A stretch of DNA of 64,000 nucleotides from the IMG/VR virus record IMGVR_UViG_3300005096_000005, positions 1 to 64,000 of that record; one strand, written 5' to 3'. The notes under the pieces were generated by a model. That model saw only the letters and a list, made by a program, of their open reading frames with translations. It searched no databases and was not told the origin of the DNA. The position numbers were made by a program, and so were the translations under genes. Source of the DNA: a virus. Positions 25,852-34,745 of this stretch are shown piece after piece. Position 1 is the stretch's first letter. The number at the start of each line of letters is the position of its first letter.

Positions 25852-27024
25852 ATGGACCATAAACCGATTCATTACGAGAGAGTGATAAGAGATGCTGCGA
25901 TATTGGCTCCTGAGCTGGTGGAGGCAGGGATAAAACCTTTCTCATGGATGGACCCTGAAGTTAAAAGGGAATGCGAACGCTTTGGCGATGACCTCACATA
26001 CTTCAGGTACACTTACAAAGTAATTCAGCCGTTCGTAAGCAGGAACGCCCACATTGTGGCTACAATCATGAATACATTGTCCAAGTCACCAGGACTTGAT
26101 GAAGGCTGGATGATCACCCATCTAATGATGGAATATCATACCTATATGTTCAATAGGTTTGGCAGGCAGGTGTTCAGCATCATGCCCACACTCGCAAGGA
26201 TGCTTGTTGACACTGACCTCGATGTCGACACAGACCTTTTGAAGATGCCGCACCGGAGTATATATCTGACATTCCCGCCCGACCTGTTCAGGATATGGAA
26301 TCAGATGTCCGGGGTTCATAATGTAGAAGGTATCTATGTGTGTGAGGATCCCTGGGATATCGAAAAGGAATTTAAGAACCTGCGGACTGACACGAGTGTT
26401 GCAGAAAAGCTAAACGTAGAACAGAACCGCGTACTGAGGGTTCTACTGGTGGGATCCACCAATAATGATAACGCTCTGGATGATGCTCTGTTCCACTTCA
26501 GGGTAGATATTGGTCCGGGAACTCTGGGTCAGTACATTGAGAAAGTCACCGAGCTGGCTATGGAAATCATATCATCCTCACAGTTTGATAGTGTAAGAGG
26601 TAACAAGTCTCTATTAGAGATACAGCACATCTTCAGGTTTGTTGCAAACGTGCTACTGTATATAAGCTCTTCTCATCCTGACGTCACAAAGCAGTTTCCT
26701 GATAAGTTCAGGAAGGAGATGGAAAAGTGTAAACGTCTCGGAGGAGGAAAGTCCAGAAAAGGGAAGCGTGCAGCAGAACGTGCCCGGAGATATACCAGTA
26801 TCCCACGTATTGTTCTCGGGGCAAACATACCAAAAGATCATTACCAGCCAGGAACGGGTTCGAAAGTGTCCAAACGTTTCAAAGTAAAAGGACACTGGAG
26901 AACATACACAAGCATGCGTTATACCGAGGAAGTACGCGGTAAAACTGTATGGATTAAACCTTTCTATAAGGGACCCGAAATGGCCGACGAGCTTGACAGG
27001 CGATACAAGGTTGGTTCAGAATAG
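25852..27024 (+). CDS. Phage hypothetical protein (C-terminal VKGHWR...WIKPFYKG motif)
   Basis: ORF track; GAGG SD before ATG 25852. Confidence 0.65.
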   Translation: MDHKPIHYERVIRDAAILAPELVEAGIKPFSWMDPEVKRECERFGDDLTYFRYTYKVIQPFVSRNAHIVATIMNTLSKSPGLDEGWMITHLMMEYHTYMFNRFGRQVFSIMPTLARMLVDTDLDVDTDLLKMPHRSIYLTFPPDLFRIWNQMSGVHNVEGIYVCEDPWDIEKEFKNLRTDTSVAEKLNVEQNRVLRVLLVGSTNNDNALDDALFHFRVDIGPGTLGQYIEKVTELAMEIISSSQFDSVRGNKSLLEIQHIFRFVANVLLYISSSHPDVTKQFPDKFRKEMEKCKRLGGGKSRKGKRAAERARRYTSIPRIVLGANIPKDHYQPGTGSKVSKRFKVKGHWRTYTSMRYTEEVRGKTVWIKPFYKGPEMADELDRRYKVGSE

Positions 27025-27051
27025 TAGTCCACAATAAATAAAGGAGGCCAC

Positions 27052-27771
27052 ATGGACAACCAAGACAAGAGTATGGCAGAGGGATCCTTTGCCGAAGTAG
27101 AAGAAGTCAATCCGAAGGAAGTAGAAGGTGAAGTTCTAAGAATCGACGACATTGTGCAAACCCCCGAAGATGTTCAGCCGAATGACACAGCGGAAGGGCC
27201 GCTCACCGCGGAAGACATCCCCAAAACTGAAGCACAGAAACAGGCGGAAGAACACCTCAGGAAACTGGAAGAGGGCTTCAAAGCCCAGCTCGCAAAGATC
27301 GAAGAGGACCTGAATGCCAAGGTTTCAGCCGGTCAGATGCTACCCGAAGCAAGGGACATCATCCTGCGTGCCGAAAGGCTCAAGCTGGACAAAGACCTTT
27401 TGAATCGCGCAGGTGTCGTTCAGATCAGTTACAATATGGTCTGGAACATGATCCAGACCTTCTTCGAATTCAGTACACTGCTCGAAGGTGGTCGGGTTAA
27501 AGCTCTTCGCATGAACAATAACCCGATACAGGGAACCATCGATGTTCTGTTCTGTCACGGAGATCTGGAGCCTCTGGCAGAAGGCGAGACCCCGCCGTAC
27601 GTACAGATGCCACAGCTTGCATTCAACGACTTCCAGCTCCTCATGGCGATTCGGAAAAAGGATCCGAAGCTTATGCAGAATACATTGCGTGCCGCTGGAT
27701 GGATGAACATAAACGTCACCGACCACACTCCGAAGATCATCGTCCCAGGGAACCAGGGAGGCGGCCAGTAA
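27052..27771 (+). CDS. Hypothetical protein
   Basis: AAGGAGG SD; ORF track. Confidence 0.65.
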   Translation: MDNQDKSMAEGSFAEVEEVNPKEVEGEVLRIDDIVQTPEDVQPNDTAEGPLTAEDIPKTEAQKQAEEHLRKLEEGFKAQLAKIEEDLNAKVSAGQMLPEARDIILRAERLKLDKDLLNRAGVVQISYNMVWNMIQTFFEFSTLLEGGRVKALRMNNNPIQGTIDVLFCHGDLEPLAEGETPPYVQMPQLAFNDFQLLMAIRKKDPKLMQNTLRAAGWMNINVTDHTPKIIVPGNQGGGQ

Positions 27772-28904
27772 TGGGACACGAAGTCAAATGTGTAGTTACG
27801 GCCCTGGATGGCGTAAAGTTCCCAATGTATCCGATCAGTTCGAGGGACGCATTCAAGCTCAATAGAGACAGAAGCGAAGAAGAAATCCTTGCAGATCCAA
27901 GGATGGATCCGGTAACATTCAGATACATGACCCCCGAGGAAAAGATCGAACGGGCAGGCCGTATTTGCTACAATAGCGAAGACAGGATCTGCCTGGGCAG
28001 TGCGGAGAAGTTCGTCAGAGGTGTCATGAAACGTGGTCATGAATCTGTGATCGAACATGAAGGTATCTGCGTGGAAGTAGAAACCAACCTCATTACACTT
28101 CTTCGGTTTCTGACTGAATGTCCTGTACACTCATTCATTCAGGTAACTATAACCGGGATATCACAGATGGGACTGGTTGCAGCAATCCTGTCTGGAAACT
28201 TCCGGACGTGGAGAGATCACTTCCGCTGGGATCCAAAGAATCCAATTGCTTTTCAAGCAATGCAGCTTATCAGTGAGAAGACCCCACTGTTTTCGGAGTC
28301 AATTCCAGAAACAGCCTGCGGTGGTCCGGATGAGACTAAAGGAGCTGCTACCGTTACGTTCATAGGATTCACCTCCCAGATCGCGCTGGAAACACGTTTC
28401 AGTACAGAAACCAGAATGAAGCACGGTACCTTCACGGTAGTAGTCGATGGCGTCTCCAGAGCAATGACACACCAGTTCGTACGTCATCGCCCGGTCGCCT
28501 TCAGCCAACGTTCACAACGCTATTGTGGCGAGTCTGACTTCAACTACGTTGTCCCACCAGATGCAATGGGAGAACTGAAACTCAAGAACGCCGATCGTGT
28601 TGCAGCAGTAATGGATAGAGAACCTGATACGTTCACGTTCAGTGACTCTATGCAACTGATGGGACACTTTTACAGCAAACTGCAGGGGGCTGGTCTCAAG
28701 AATGAGGACGCCCGTTTTGTGCTTCCCAACGCATGCGAGACCAACATTGTAGCTACGGCAACGTTGAATCAGTGGCTGCACATGATCAACCTGCGGACAT
28801 CAAAACACGCTCAGTGGGAGATCCGGGAGGCGCACAGACAAATATGCCACTTGCTTAAAGAGCATTGTCCCGGGCTTCCCTTTGACTCGATAGAGTTTGA
28901 GTAA
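27771..28904 (+). CDS. thyX: FAD-dependent thymidylate synthase with internal duplication
   Basis: IERAGRICY..GHESVIEH; SRAMTHQFVRHRPVAFSQRSQRY; EDARFVLP; AQWEIR; GGAGG SD. Confidence 0.92.
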   Translation: MGHEVKCVVTALDGVKFPMYPISSRDAFKLNRDRSEEEILADPRMDPVTFRYMTPEEKIERAGRICYNSEDRICLGSAEKFVRGVMKRGHESVIEHEGICVEVETNLITLLRFLTECPVHSFIQVTITGISQMGLVAAILSGNFRTWRDHFRWDPKNPIAFQAMQLISEKTPLFSESIPETACGGPDETKGAATVTFIGFTSQIALETRFSTETRMKHGTFTVVVDGVSRAMTHQFVRHRPVAFSQRSQRYCGESDFNYVVPPDAMGELKLKNADRVAAVMDREPDTFTFSDSMQLMGHFYSKLQGAGLKNEDARFVLPNACETNIVATATLNQWLHMINLRTSKHAQWEIREAHRQICHLLKEHCPGLPFDSIEFE

Positions 28905-28992
28905 AGAGTTGTAAGCGCATATAATTAAGTACATGTCTGGACAAGCCGGGGAGGTTACAACCATAATCTCCTCGGCTTCCTCCTCTTAGGAG
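28897..28992 (+). promoter_or_regulatory. sigma70-type promoter and structured 5' leader of thiF-like gene
   Basis: TTGAGT-17-TATAAT (28897-28925); 15-bp hairpin 28943-28978; CTCCT-CTT-AGGAG hairpin over SD. Confidence 0.6.
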
Positions 28993-28998
28993 ACTGCA

Positions 28999-29640
28999 AT
29001 GTTTAACCATGAACGAGACTATCGCGGTACCGGAGCGGAAGAACGTATCAGCCGCCAGCGTATCGTAGTGATGGGTTGTGGAGCACTGGGTTCTGGAATC
29101 GCTATAACTCTTTGCCGTATGGGGTTCAGGTTTATCGACCTTGTAGACAATGGCAGAGTAGAAGATCAGAACCTTGGCACACAACAATATGATATGCGAG
29201 ACGTAGGAGCAATGAAGGTACACGCTCTCTGGCAAAAGCTATATGATATAGTCGGCGATGGCCCGGGAGAACTCAATGTCTTTACACAGGACATTACGAA
29301 GAAGCGCCTCAAAGTATCAGACCATACGGTTATCATCATAGACTGCTTTGATAATGCCGCAGCCAGAAGTACTATCGAAGACCGTTACTCTATGAATCCG
29401 ATCATCCACGCAGGAATGGGCGATGGACTGTCCGAAGTAACCTGGCATCCGAGGTATAAAGTACCTACTGATCCGCCAGGGACAGAGACAGACCAGTGTG
29501 AGTACCCGCTGTCAGCTACCCTGGTGCAGATGACGGTAGGTATGGTATGTGAGGCTATAACTCGACGTGTTATTGAAGGAAAGGAGTATGATCTCAGGTT
29601 TACCCTGGGCGACTTTAATATCTCTGCACAACAGTATTGA
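28999..29640 (+). CDS. ThiF/MoeB/E1-family adenylyltransferase
   Basis: GCGALGS; DNGRVEDQNLGTQ; DVGAMK; IIDCFDN; DQCEYP candidate catalytic Cys. Confidence 0.88.
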   Translation: MFNHERDYRGTGAEERISRQRIVVMGCGALGSGIAITLCRMGFRFIDLVDNGRVEDQNLGTQQYDMRDVGAMKVHALWQKLYDIVGDGPGELNVFTQDITKKRLKVSDHTVIIIDCFDNAAARSTIEDRYSMNPIIHAGMGDGLSEVTWHPRYKVPTDPPGTETDQCEYPLSATLVQMTVGMVCEAITRRVIEGKEYDLRFTLGDFNISAQQY

Positions 29641-29665
29641 CCACTATAGAATGTCCGCGTATAAT
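29637..29665 (+). promoter_or_regulatory. sigma70-type promoter
   Basis: TTGACC-17-TATAAT; inverted repeat TGTCCGC/GCGGACA flanks the -10. Confidence 0.65.
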
Positions 29666-29718
29666 ATCAATGCATCCGTACTGCGGACACTACTATTAGA
29701 ACAGAAAGGAGCACCGGT

Positions 29719-30399
29719 ATGTCACTTCAAAGAACTTGTGATGCACATGGTTGCAAACAGAACGATCCACAGAAGTTCAGTCAGAAAGGTCAGATCATTA
29801 TCCAGAAGACAACAGGAGCATTCCCCGAAGACAAAGCTAAAGCGAAAGTCATCGAAGAGCTCTATCTTGACCTGTGCGATGACTGCATAGGCAAGGAAAC
29901 CTTATCTCTTTTCAAGGAGCAGGTCCTCGCTCCTGGCGGAGGAAAGCAGGCTAAGCCTTCCAAGAGAGGTCCTGCAAAACAGACCGCCGCAACATCGACA
30001 ACCAAGAGTACAACCAAACCCGCAGCCAAAAGCGCAGTTCCGGCAACACCACCAGCAAGTGAACCCACTGAACAGCCTGCGCAAACTGTTCCCGGAAAAG
30101 AAGATGCGGAAGCTGGCGTTAACAATGGGAACAATTATGGAGAACCTGAGCCCAACGGCACTGTTAATGAAGTTCCTGCCGAAGCACCTGCTCCCACCCC
30201 AAATGCAGGTGGCAGTAATCCCAGTAACAGTGATTCTCCTATGGATCCGGGAGATGGAGCACAGAAACAAGCGCCGGATAACACAGCAAGCCTGGCGCCC
30301 ACAGCTGCCTCCCAACCGCAAGTTCAAGCTCCCGCCGAAGGTCCAGTTACGCCTTCCGGAAAAGTGCGGCCAGGGCAGAGGTTCCGCTTGCCAGGATAA
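29719..30399 (+). CDS. Zn-ribbon protein with long Pro/Ala/Thr-rich tail
   Basis: TCDAHGC...LDLCDDC; AAGGAG SD. Confidence 0.6.
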   Translation: MSLQRTCDAHGCKQNDPQKFSQKGQIIIQKTTGAFPEDKAKAKVIEELYLDLCDDCIGKETLSLFKEQVLAPGGGKQAKPSKRGPAKQTAATSTTKSTTKPAAKSAVPATPPASEPTEQPAQTVPGKEDAEAGVNNGNNYGEPEPNGTVNEVPAEAPAPTPNAGGSNPSNSDSPMDPGDGAQKQAPDNTASLAPTAASQPQVQAPAEGPVTPSGKVRPGQRFRLPG

Positions 30400-30416
30400 A
30401 CAGGAGGCAATAACAT

Positions 30417-32642
30417 ATGCTCTCGCAGAACGCAATAACGATTCTCGAAGCCAGATACCTGATGAAGAACGACAAGGGCAAGATCATCGAGAAGCCCGAC
30501 GAGCTCTTCATGCGGGTCGCTACAACAATCGCCCAGGCTGAAGCAGTCTGGGGAACCGACACAGACGTCGAAGAATGGACCAATGTATTCTACAGCATGA
30601 TGTCTTCTCTCGAGTTTCTTCCTAACTCGCCAACACTAATGAACGCAGGGACAGGCGCTGGAACATTGAGCGCCTGTTTCATCGTTCCTATCGATGATAC
30701 CATGAGCTCACATCTTGAGCCGGATAAGTTTGGTATCATGGATGCGGTAACTGCCGCGGCTCTGATTCAAAAGTTCGGAGGCGGCGTGGGCTTTGCTTTC
30801 AGCAGGCTTCGTGGAATCGGATCACCAATACGCACGACTCACGGGAAGGCGTGCGGCCCGGTGGGAGTTCTCCATGAGCTGAATGAAACAGCTAACCTGG
30901 TAACACAGGGCGGCAAACGGAAAGGCGCAAACATGGGCGTCCTCCGAGTAGACCATCCTGATATCGTCAAGTTCATCAACTGCAAGAAGAAACATGGAGT
31001 ACTGATGAACTTTAACATCAGTGTAGGAATTACTGATGAGTTTATGCAGGCTGTTGTGGACTCAGACAAGCTGAAGCTCAGGCAGCCCCATACAGGAGAG
31101 ATCTCGGAAGAGATCGACGCCAGGCAGCTCTACGATGACATCGTAAAGTTGATGCACGCCAATGGTGAGCCAGGGGTTATATTCCTTGACACCATCAATA
31201 AAGCCAATGTAGTTCCGCACATGGGCGATATAGAGGGTACGAATCCGTGCGGAGAGATCCCGCTGCTTCCCTTCGAAAGCTGTAACCTGGGCAATATCAA
31301 TCTTGCACTTCATGTCACAGCTGATATGGATGACGTGGATTGGGCAAAGCTGGAAGAGACAGTAACCAATGCCACAAGGTTCATGGACAATGTGATAGAA
31401 GCTAACTCATTCCCGATGCCTCAGATCGAAGAGGCCACAAAGGCCACAAGAAAGATCGGTCTCGGGGTCTGTGGATTTGCAGACATGCTCAGTATGCTTG
31501 ACATTCCATACGATAGCCCAAAAGGTATTCGAATGGCCAGAAGGGTGATGGAGTTCGTACGCAAACGTGCCCACAAGGCCAGCGAGGACCTTGCGGAAGT
31601 TCGTGGACCGTTCCCGGCGTTCAAAAAGAACCGGCGAATCAGGAAGCCACGCAGAAACTCAACGCTCACAAGCTGTAATCCCACAGGCAGCATCAGCAAA
31701 ATTATGGGAGTGAGCGCCGGCATTGAGCCTCATTTTGGAATAGCCTTCGAAGCTCATATACTGGATGGAGAGACTCTCAGGTTCGTAGCCCACAGTCTCA
31801 GCAGAAAGATCGATGTAACAGATGCAGTCATGGATGCTATTATCGAAAAAGGTGGCTCGGTCAGGGGCGTCAATCTCATTCCGAAAAGCATCCAGAAAGT
31901 GTTTCCTATTGCCGAAGAGGTGTCTCCAGAATGGCATATCAAGATGCAAGCTGCATTCCAGGAGCATACAGACAATGCGGTAAGCAAAACCATCAATCTT
32001 CCAACGACTGCAACAGTTGCAGAGATGAAGGATATTATATCGTCAGCATATCTGGAAGGCTGCAAAGGTCTTACAGTGTATCGCATGGGCTCCAGACCGG
32101 AGCAGGTTATCCAGCTTCCGAATGGACAGCTTGCACTCCCAGAGGACCTCTGGGTCAAACCTCTGCGAAGACCGAAGGAAACAATCGGCAAGACAAGGAA
32201 GTTCAAAGTCGGACAGTGTGGCGTACTATACGTTACTGTCAACAGAGACCCTAAAACAAGTGAGATTGTAGAGATATTCGCTCAACCATCATCCGAAGAT
32301 GGTGGTTGCCAGAGCACGATAAACGCTCTGAACAAGATGACAAGTCTTATGCTCAGATGCAAAGTAAAGCCTGAATATGTTGCCAAGAAGCTTCGTGTCC
32401 AGGCATGTCATGCATGCGGTACAGGAACAGGAGCTGATGCAAGGAGTTGCCCTGATGCTATGTATCGTATGCTTATCCAGGAATTGGGTGCAGAAAACGA
32501 GGGCTATAGACTGACAGCACAAAGACCGTACTCAGCACCGCCGCCGGAGTGTCCCGCATGTGGTAAAGGAGTTCTTTCCATTCGCAAGGGAGTGACATGC
32601 AGGAAGTGCAATGTCTGCGGTTATGAAACATGTGGCGGATAA
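30417..32642 (+). CDS. nrdJ: Class II (B12-dependent) ribonucleotide reductase with C-terminal TSCPD-like/Zn domain
   Basis: PNSPTLMNAG; LSACF; TNPCGE; ESCNLG; PTGSIS; SKTIN; KGLTVYR; SCPD. Confidence 0.93.
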   Translation: MLSQNAITILEARYLMKNDKGKIIEKPDELFMRVATTIAQAEAVWGTDTDVEEWTNVFYSMMSSLEFLPNSPTLMNAGTGAGTLSACFIVPIDDTMSSHLEPDKFGIMDAVTAAALIQKFGGGVGFAFSRLRGIGSPIRTTHGKACGPVGVLHELNETANLVTQGGKRKGANMGVLRVDHPDIVKFINCKKKHGVLMNFNISVGITDEFMQAVVDSDKLKLRQPHTGEISEEIDARQLYDDIVKLMHANGEPGVIFLDTINKANVVPHMGDIEGTNPCGEIPLLPFESCNLGNINLALHVTADMDDVDWAKLEETVTNATRFMDNVIEANSFPMPQIEEATKATRKIGLGVCGFADMLSMLDIPYDSPKGIRMARRVMEFVRKRAHKASEDLAEVRGPFPAFKKNRRIRKPRRNSTLTSCNPTGSISKIMGVSAGIEPHFGIAFEAHILDGETLRFVAHSLSRKIDVTDAVMDAIIEKGGSVRGVNLIPKSIQKVFPIAEEVSPEWHIKMQAAFQEHTDNAVSKTINLPTTATVAEMKDIISSAYLEGCKGLTVYRMGSRPEQVIQLPNGQLALPEDLWVKPLRRPKETIGKTRKFKVGQCGVLYVTVNRDPKTSEIVEIFAQPSSEDGGCQSTINALNKMTSLMLRCKVKPEYVAKKLRVQACHACGTGTGADARSCPDAMYRMLIQELGAENEGYRLTAQRPYSAPPPECPACGKGVLSIRKGVTCRKCNVCGYETCGG

Positions 32643-32668
32643 CTATATAGTAATGGAGGTGAGTAAAA

Positions 32669-32941
32669 ATGCCAGCAATCCTTGCAATTATGCCAGCACT
32701 GGCTGTGCTCTTATGGATTGGAATCGAGATGCCAAAAAAGTGGCGTCGCAAGTTCTTCAAGTTTCCAGTATTCGTGAGTAGCAGTGCGTTTGCTCTTACT
32801 ATAGGTGCAATTGGAAGAGGTGTTCTTGGTCCGATGACCGGGTTCATCGCAGAACTGATCCTGTTTCCGGGACTGTGGTTTATCAGGAAGTGTACTGTCG
32901 CAGGAGAAAAAAGGGAGGCCAAGCGTGTTAAACAAAGATGA
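32669..32941 (+). CDS. Small membrane protein
   Basis: GGAGGTG SD; hydrophobic segments. Confidence 0.55.
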   Translation: MPAILAIMPALAVLLWIGIEMPKKWRRKFFKFPVFVSSSAFALTIGAIGRGVLGPMTGFIAELILFPGLWFIRKCTVAGEKREAKRVKQR

Positions 32942-33138
32942 GCAGGTACAGAAGAATGTATGGCCCAAGGACAAAGATGACGTAGGCCCTCCCTGTATGC
33001 AATGCGGTAACGACCACACCGTGTTGTATACTCATCCGGATGGACTACAGGAGTATCTCTGTCCAAAGTGTGAACGTCCCAAAGAGACGATACCACCCAT
33101 ATCTATAGAAACAACCGAAGACGAGGAGGTAACAGCTG

Positions 33139-33858
33139 ATGCCGCTGGGCGAAGGAATGAGCAAGGAAGAATGGGAGGACAAGATGTGCAAGTTCTTCCA
33201 CAGACTGCTGAGGGGATGCCCTCTCCAGGTGGATCCGATGAGAGTGGGAGTCCGAATCAAGTATCTCATGGAGGACACGACGTACGCGGAGTGGGAGACT
33301 CAGGCAGTCAATCAGGAATTCGACAAGCAGATAGAACAGTTCCTGAAGATAGGACTGCCCCCGGAGGACCCGAAGGAACGCCGGAAATGGGAAGCGGACA
33401 GACGGAAGAAGCGTGACCGGTGGGAAGCTGCAATGCGGAGCGGTTCCGGCGCGAAGTGTCCAGCTTGCGGAGGTTGGGATACTGTCCGTATCGAGCCAAA
33501 GGACCTGCCCAAGAACAAGCTGACCACATTCCTGTCCACATATAAAGACTATCTGGTCTGTAAGGACTGTGGAACCAGGACGATGTACGACTCAGAAGAG
33601 CTGGAGTTCGTTCATAATACGGAGATCATATTCCTTGCAGATATACTGTCCAGACCGTTCAGCCATAACGGAAAGATCTTCCGGATGCGTCATCCGGATG
33701 TTTACGTCGTGAAGGTCCAGGGTCAGCATGACCAGTGGAAGCAGGAAGAAGTACGACGTATGATCCAAGTGATGTTTACAGAGGAGATTGTTCCATTATG
33801 GACAACAGCGAGCGAACATTCATTCCTGGAGAAACTGAAGGAGCTGAGCACAAGGTAA
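33139..33858 (+). CDS. Zn-ribbon hypothetical protein
   Basis: GGAGGT SD; CPAC...CKDC. Confidence 0.6.
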   Translation: MPLGEGMSKEEWEDKMCKFFHRLLRGCPLQVDPMRVGVRIKYLMEDTTYAEWETQAVNQEFDKQIEQFLKIGLPPEDPKERRKWEADRRKKRDRWEAAMRSGSGAKCPACGGWDTVRIEPKDLPKNKLTTFLSTYKDYLVCKDCGTRTMYDSEELEFVHNTEIIFLADILSRPFSHNGKIFRMRHPDVYVVKVQGQHDQWKQEEVRRMIQVMFTEEIVPLWTTASEHSFLEKLKELSTR

Positions 33859-34745
33859 TCCCCGCTACCCAGTTCCTGGAAGAGGCAGAACGCATCGACC
33901 GGGACTGGGGGTTTCGAAAGCCTGATAACCTGGAAGTTATCTCTACAGGAATCCCGAGTCTTGATGAACAGCTTAGAATTGGCGGCATCCCTCGTGGGTA
34001 TATTACGGAAATAGTTGGCGGGCCAGCCGCAGGCAAGAGCGTGCTGACATGGCACATCATCACAGAAGCATGTAAGGCAGATGTCGGATGGGATGGTTGT
34101 GCTCTTATCATGGACACAGATAGATCCCTTGCTGTCAAGTACATGGAGGCCATTGGTGTCTCTTTCGATAAGACCACCATTGTTAGAGCCAAAAGTATTA
34201 CGCAGGTTCATGAAGTCCTTAATATAGCAGTATCCAATGGGATCGACCTGGTGATTCTGGACTCTCTGGCGGCATTGCCTGAGGCCAGTAAATTTGCACC
34301 GTGGGACCTGGCCACTATTCTTGACATTACACATCAATCAGAAACAGCTGTTGTCATAACGAACCAATATCGGACATATAATGGAAGACAACGCCCCATG
34401 TATGAAGAATACCTTGAGATCATTGCTCCGATATCCATTGACATTAAGATGAGAGAATCGATCCTGAGGAATGGAGATGTTATCGGACACGAGGCAGATC
34501 TATGCGTCACAAGAAACAGGTTTGCATTCTCTTCGCCACAGATAAAGTGCCGACTAATATATGGTGAGGGAATTGATCTTGTAGATTCATGGATAGACAC
34601 CCAGCTTCACGCGGGAACGATTATACAGCGTGGAGGCGGGTGGTATGAGTGTAATAACAGACAGTTTCATGGCCGCGCAGCCCTGCGTGATGCAATAATA
34701 AGAGCAAGTATGGATAGAGGTGACTCCAATTATACATCTACATAA
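33798..34745 (+). CDS. Second RecA-family ATPase (divergent paralog)
   Basis: ISTGIPSLDEQLRIGGIPRGYITEIVGGPAAGKS; VILDSLAAL; TNQYR; YGEGID; GGWY. Confidence 0.85.
   Translation: MDNSERTFIPGETEGAEHKVIPATQFLEEAERIDRDWGFRKPDNLEVISTGIPSLDEQLRIGGIPRGYITEIVGGPAAGKSVLTWHIITEACKADVGWDGCALIMDTDRSLAVKYMEAIGVSFDKTTIVRAKSITQVHEVLNIAVSNGIDLVILDSLAALPEASKFAPWDLATILDITHQSETAVVITNQYRTYNGRQRPMYEEYLEIIAPISIDIKMRESILRNGDVIGHEADLCVTRNRFAFSSPQIKCRLIYGEGIDLVDSWIDTQLHAGTIIQRGGGWYECNNRQFHGRAALRDAIIRASMDRGDSNYTST

Noticed and set aside
29641-29702. NrdR boxes upstream of the nrdJ operon
   Set aside because: Only partial matches to the consensus and atypical spacing
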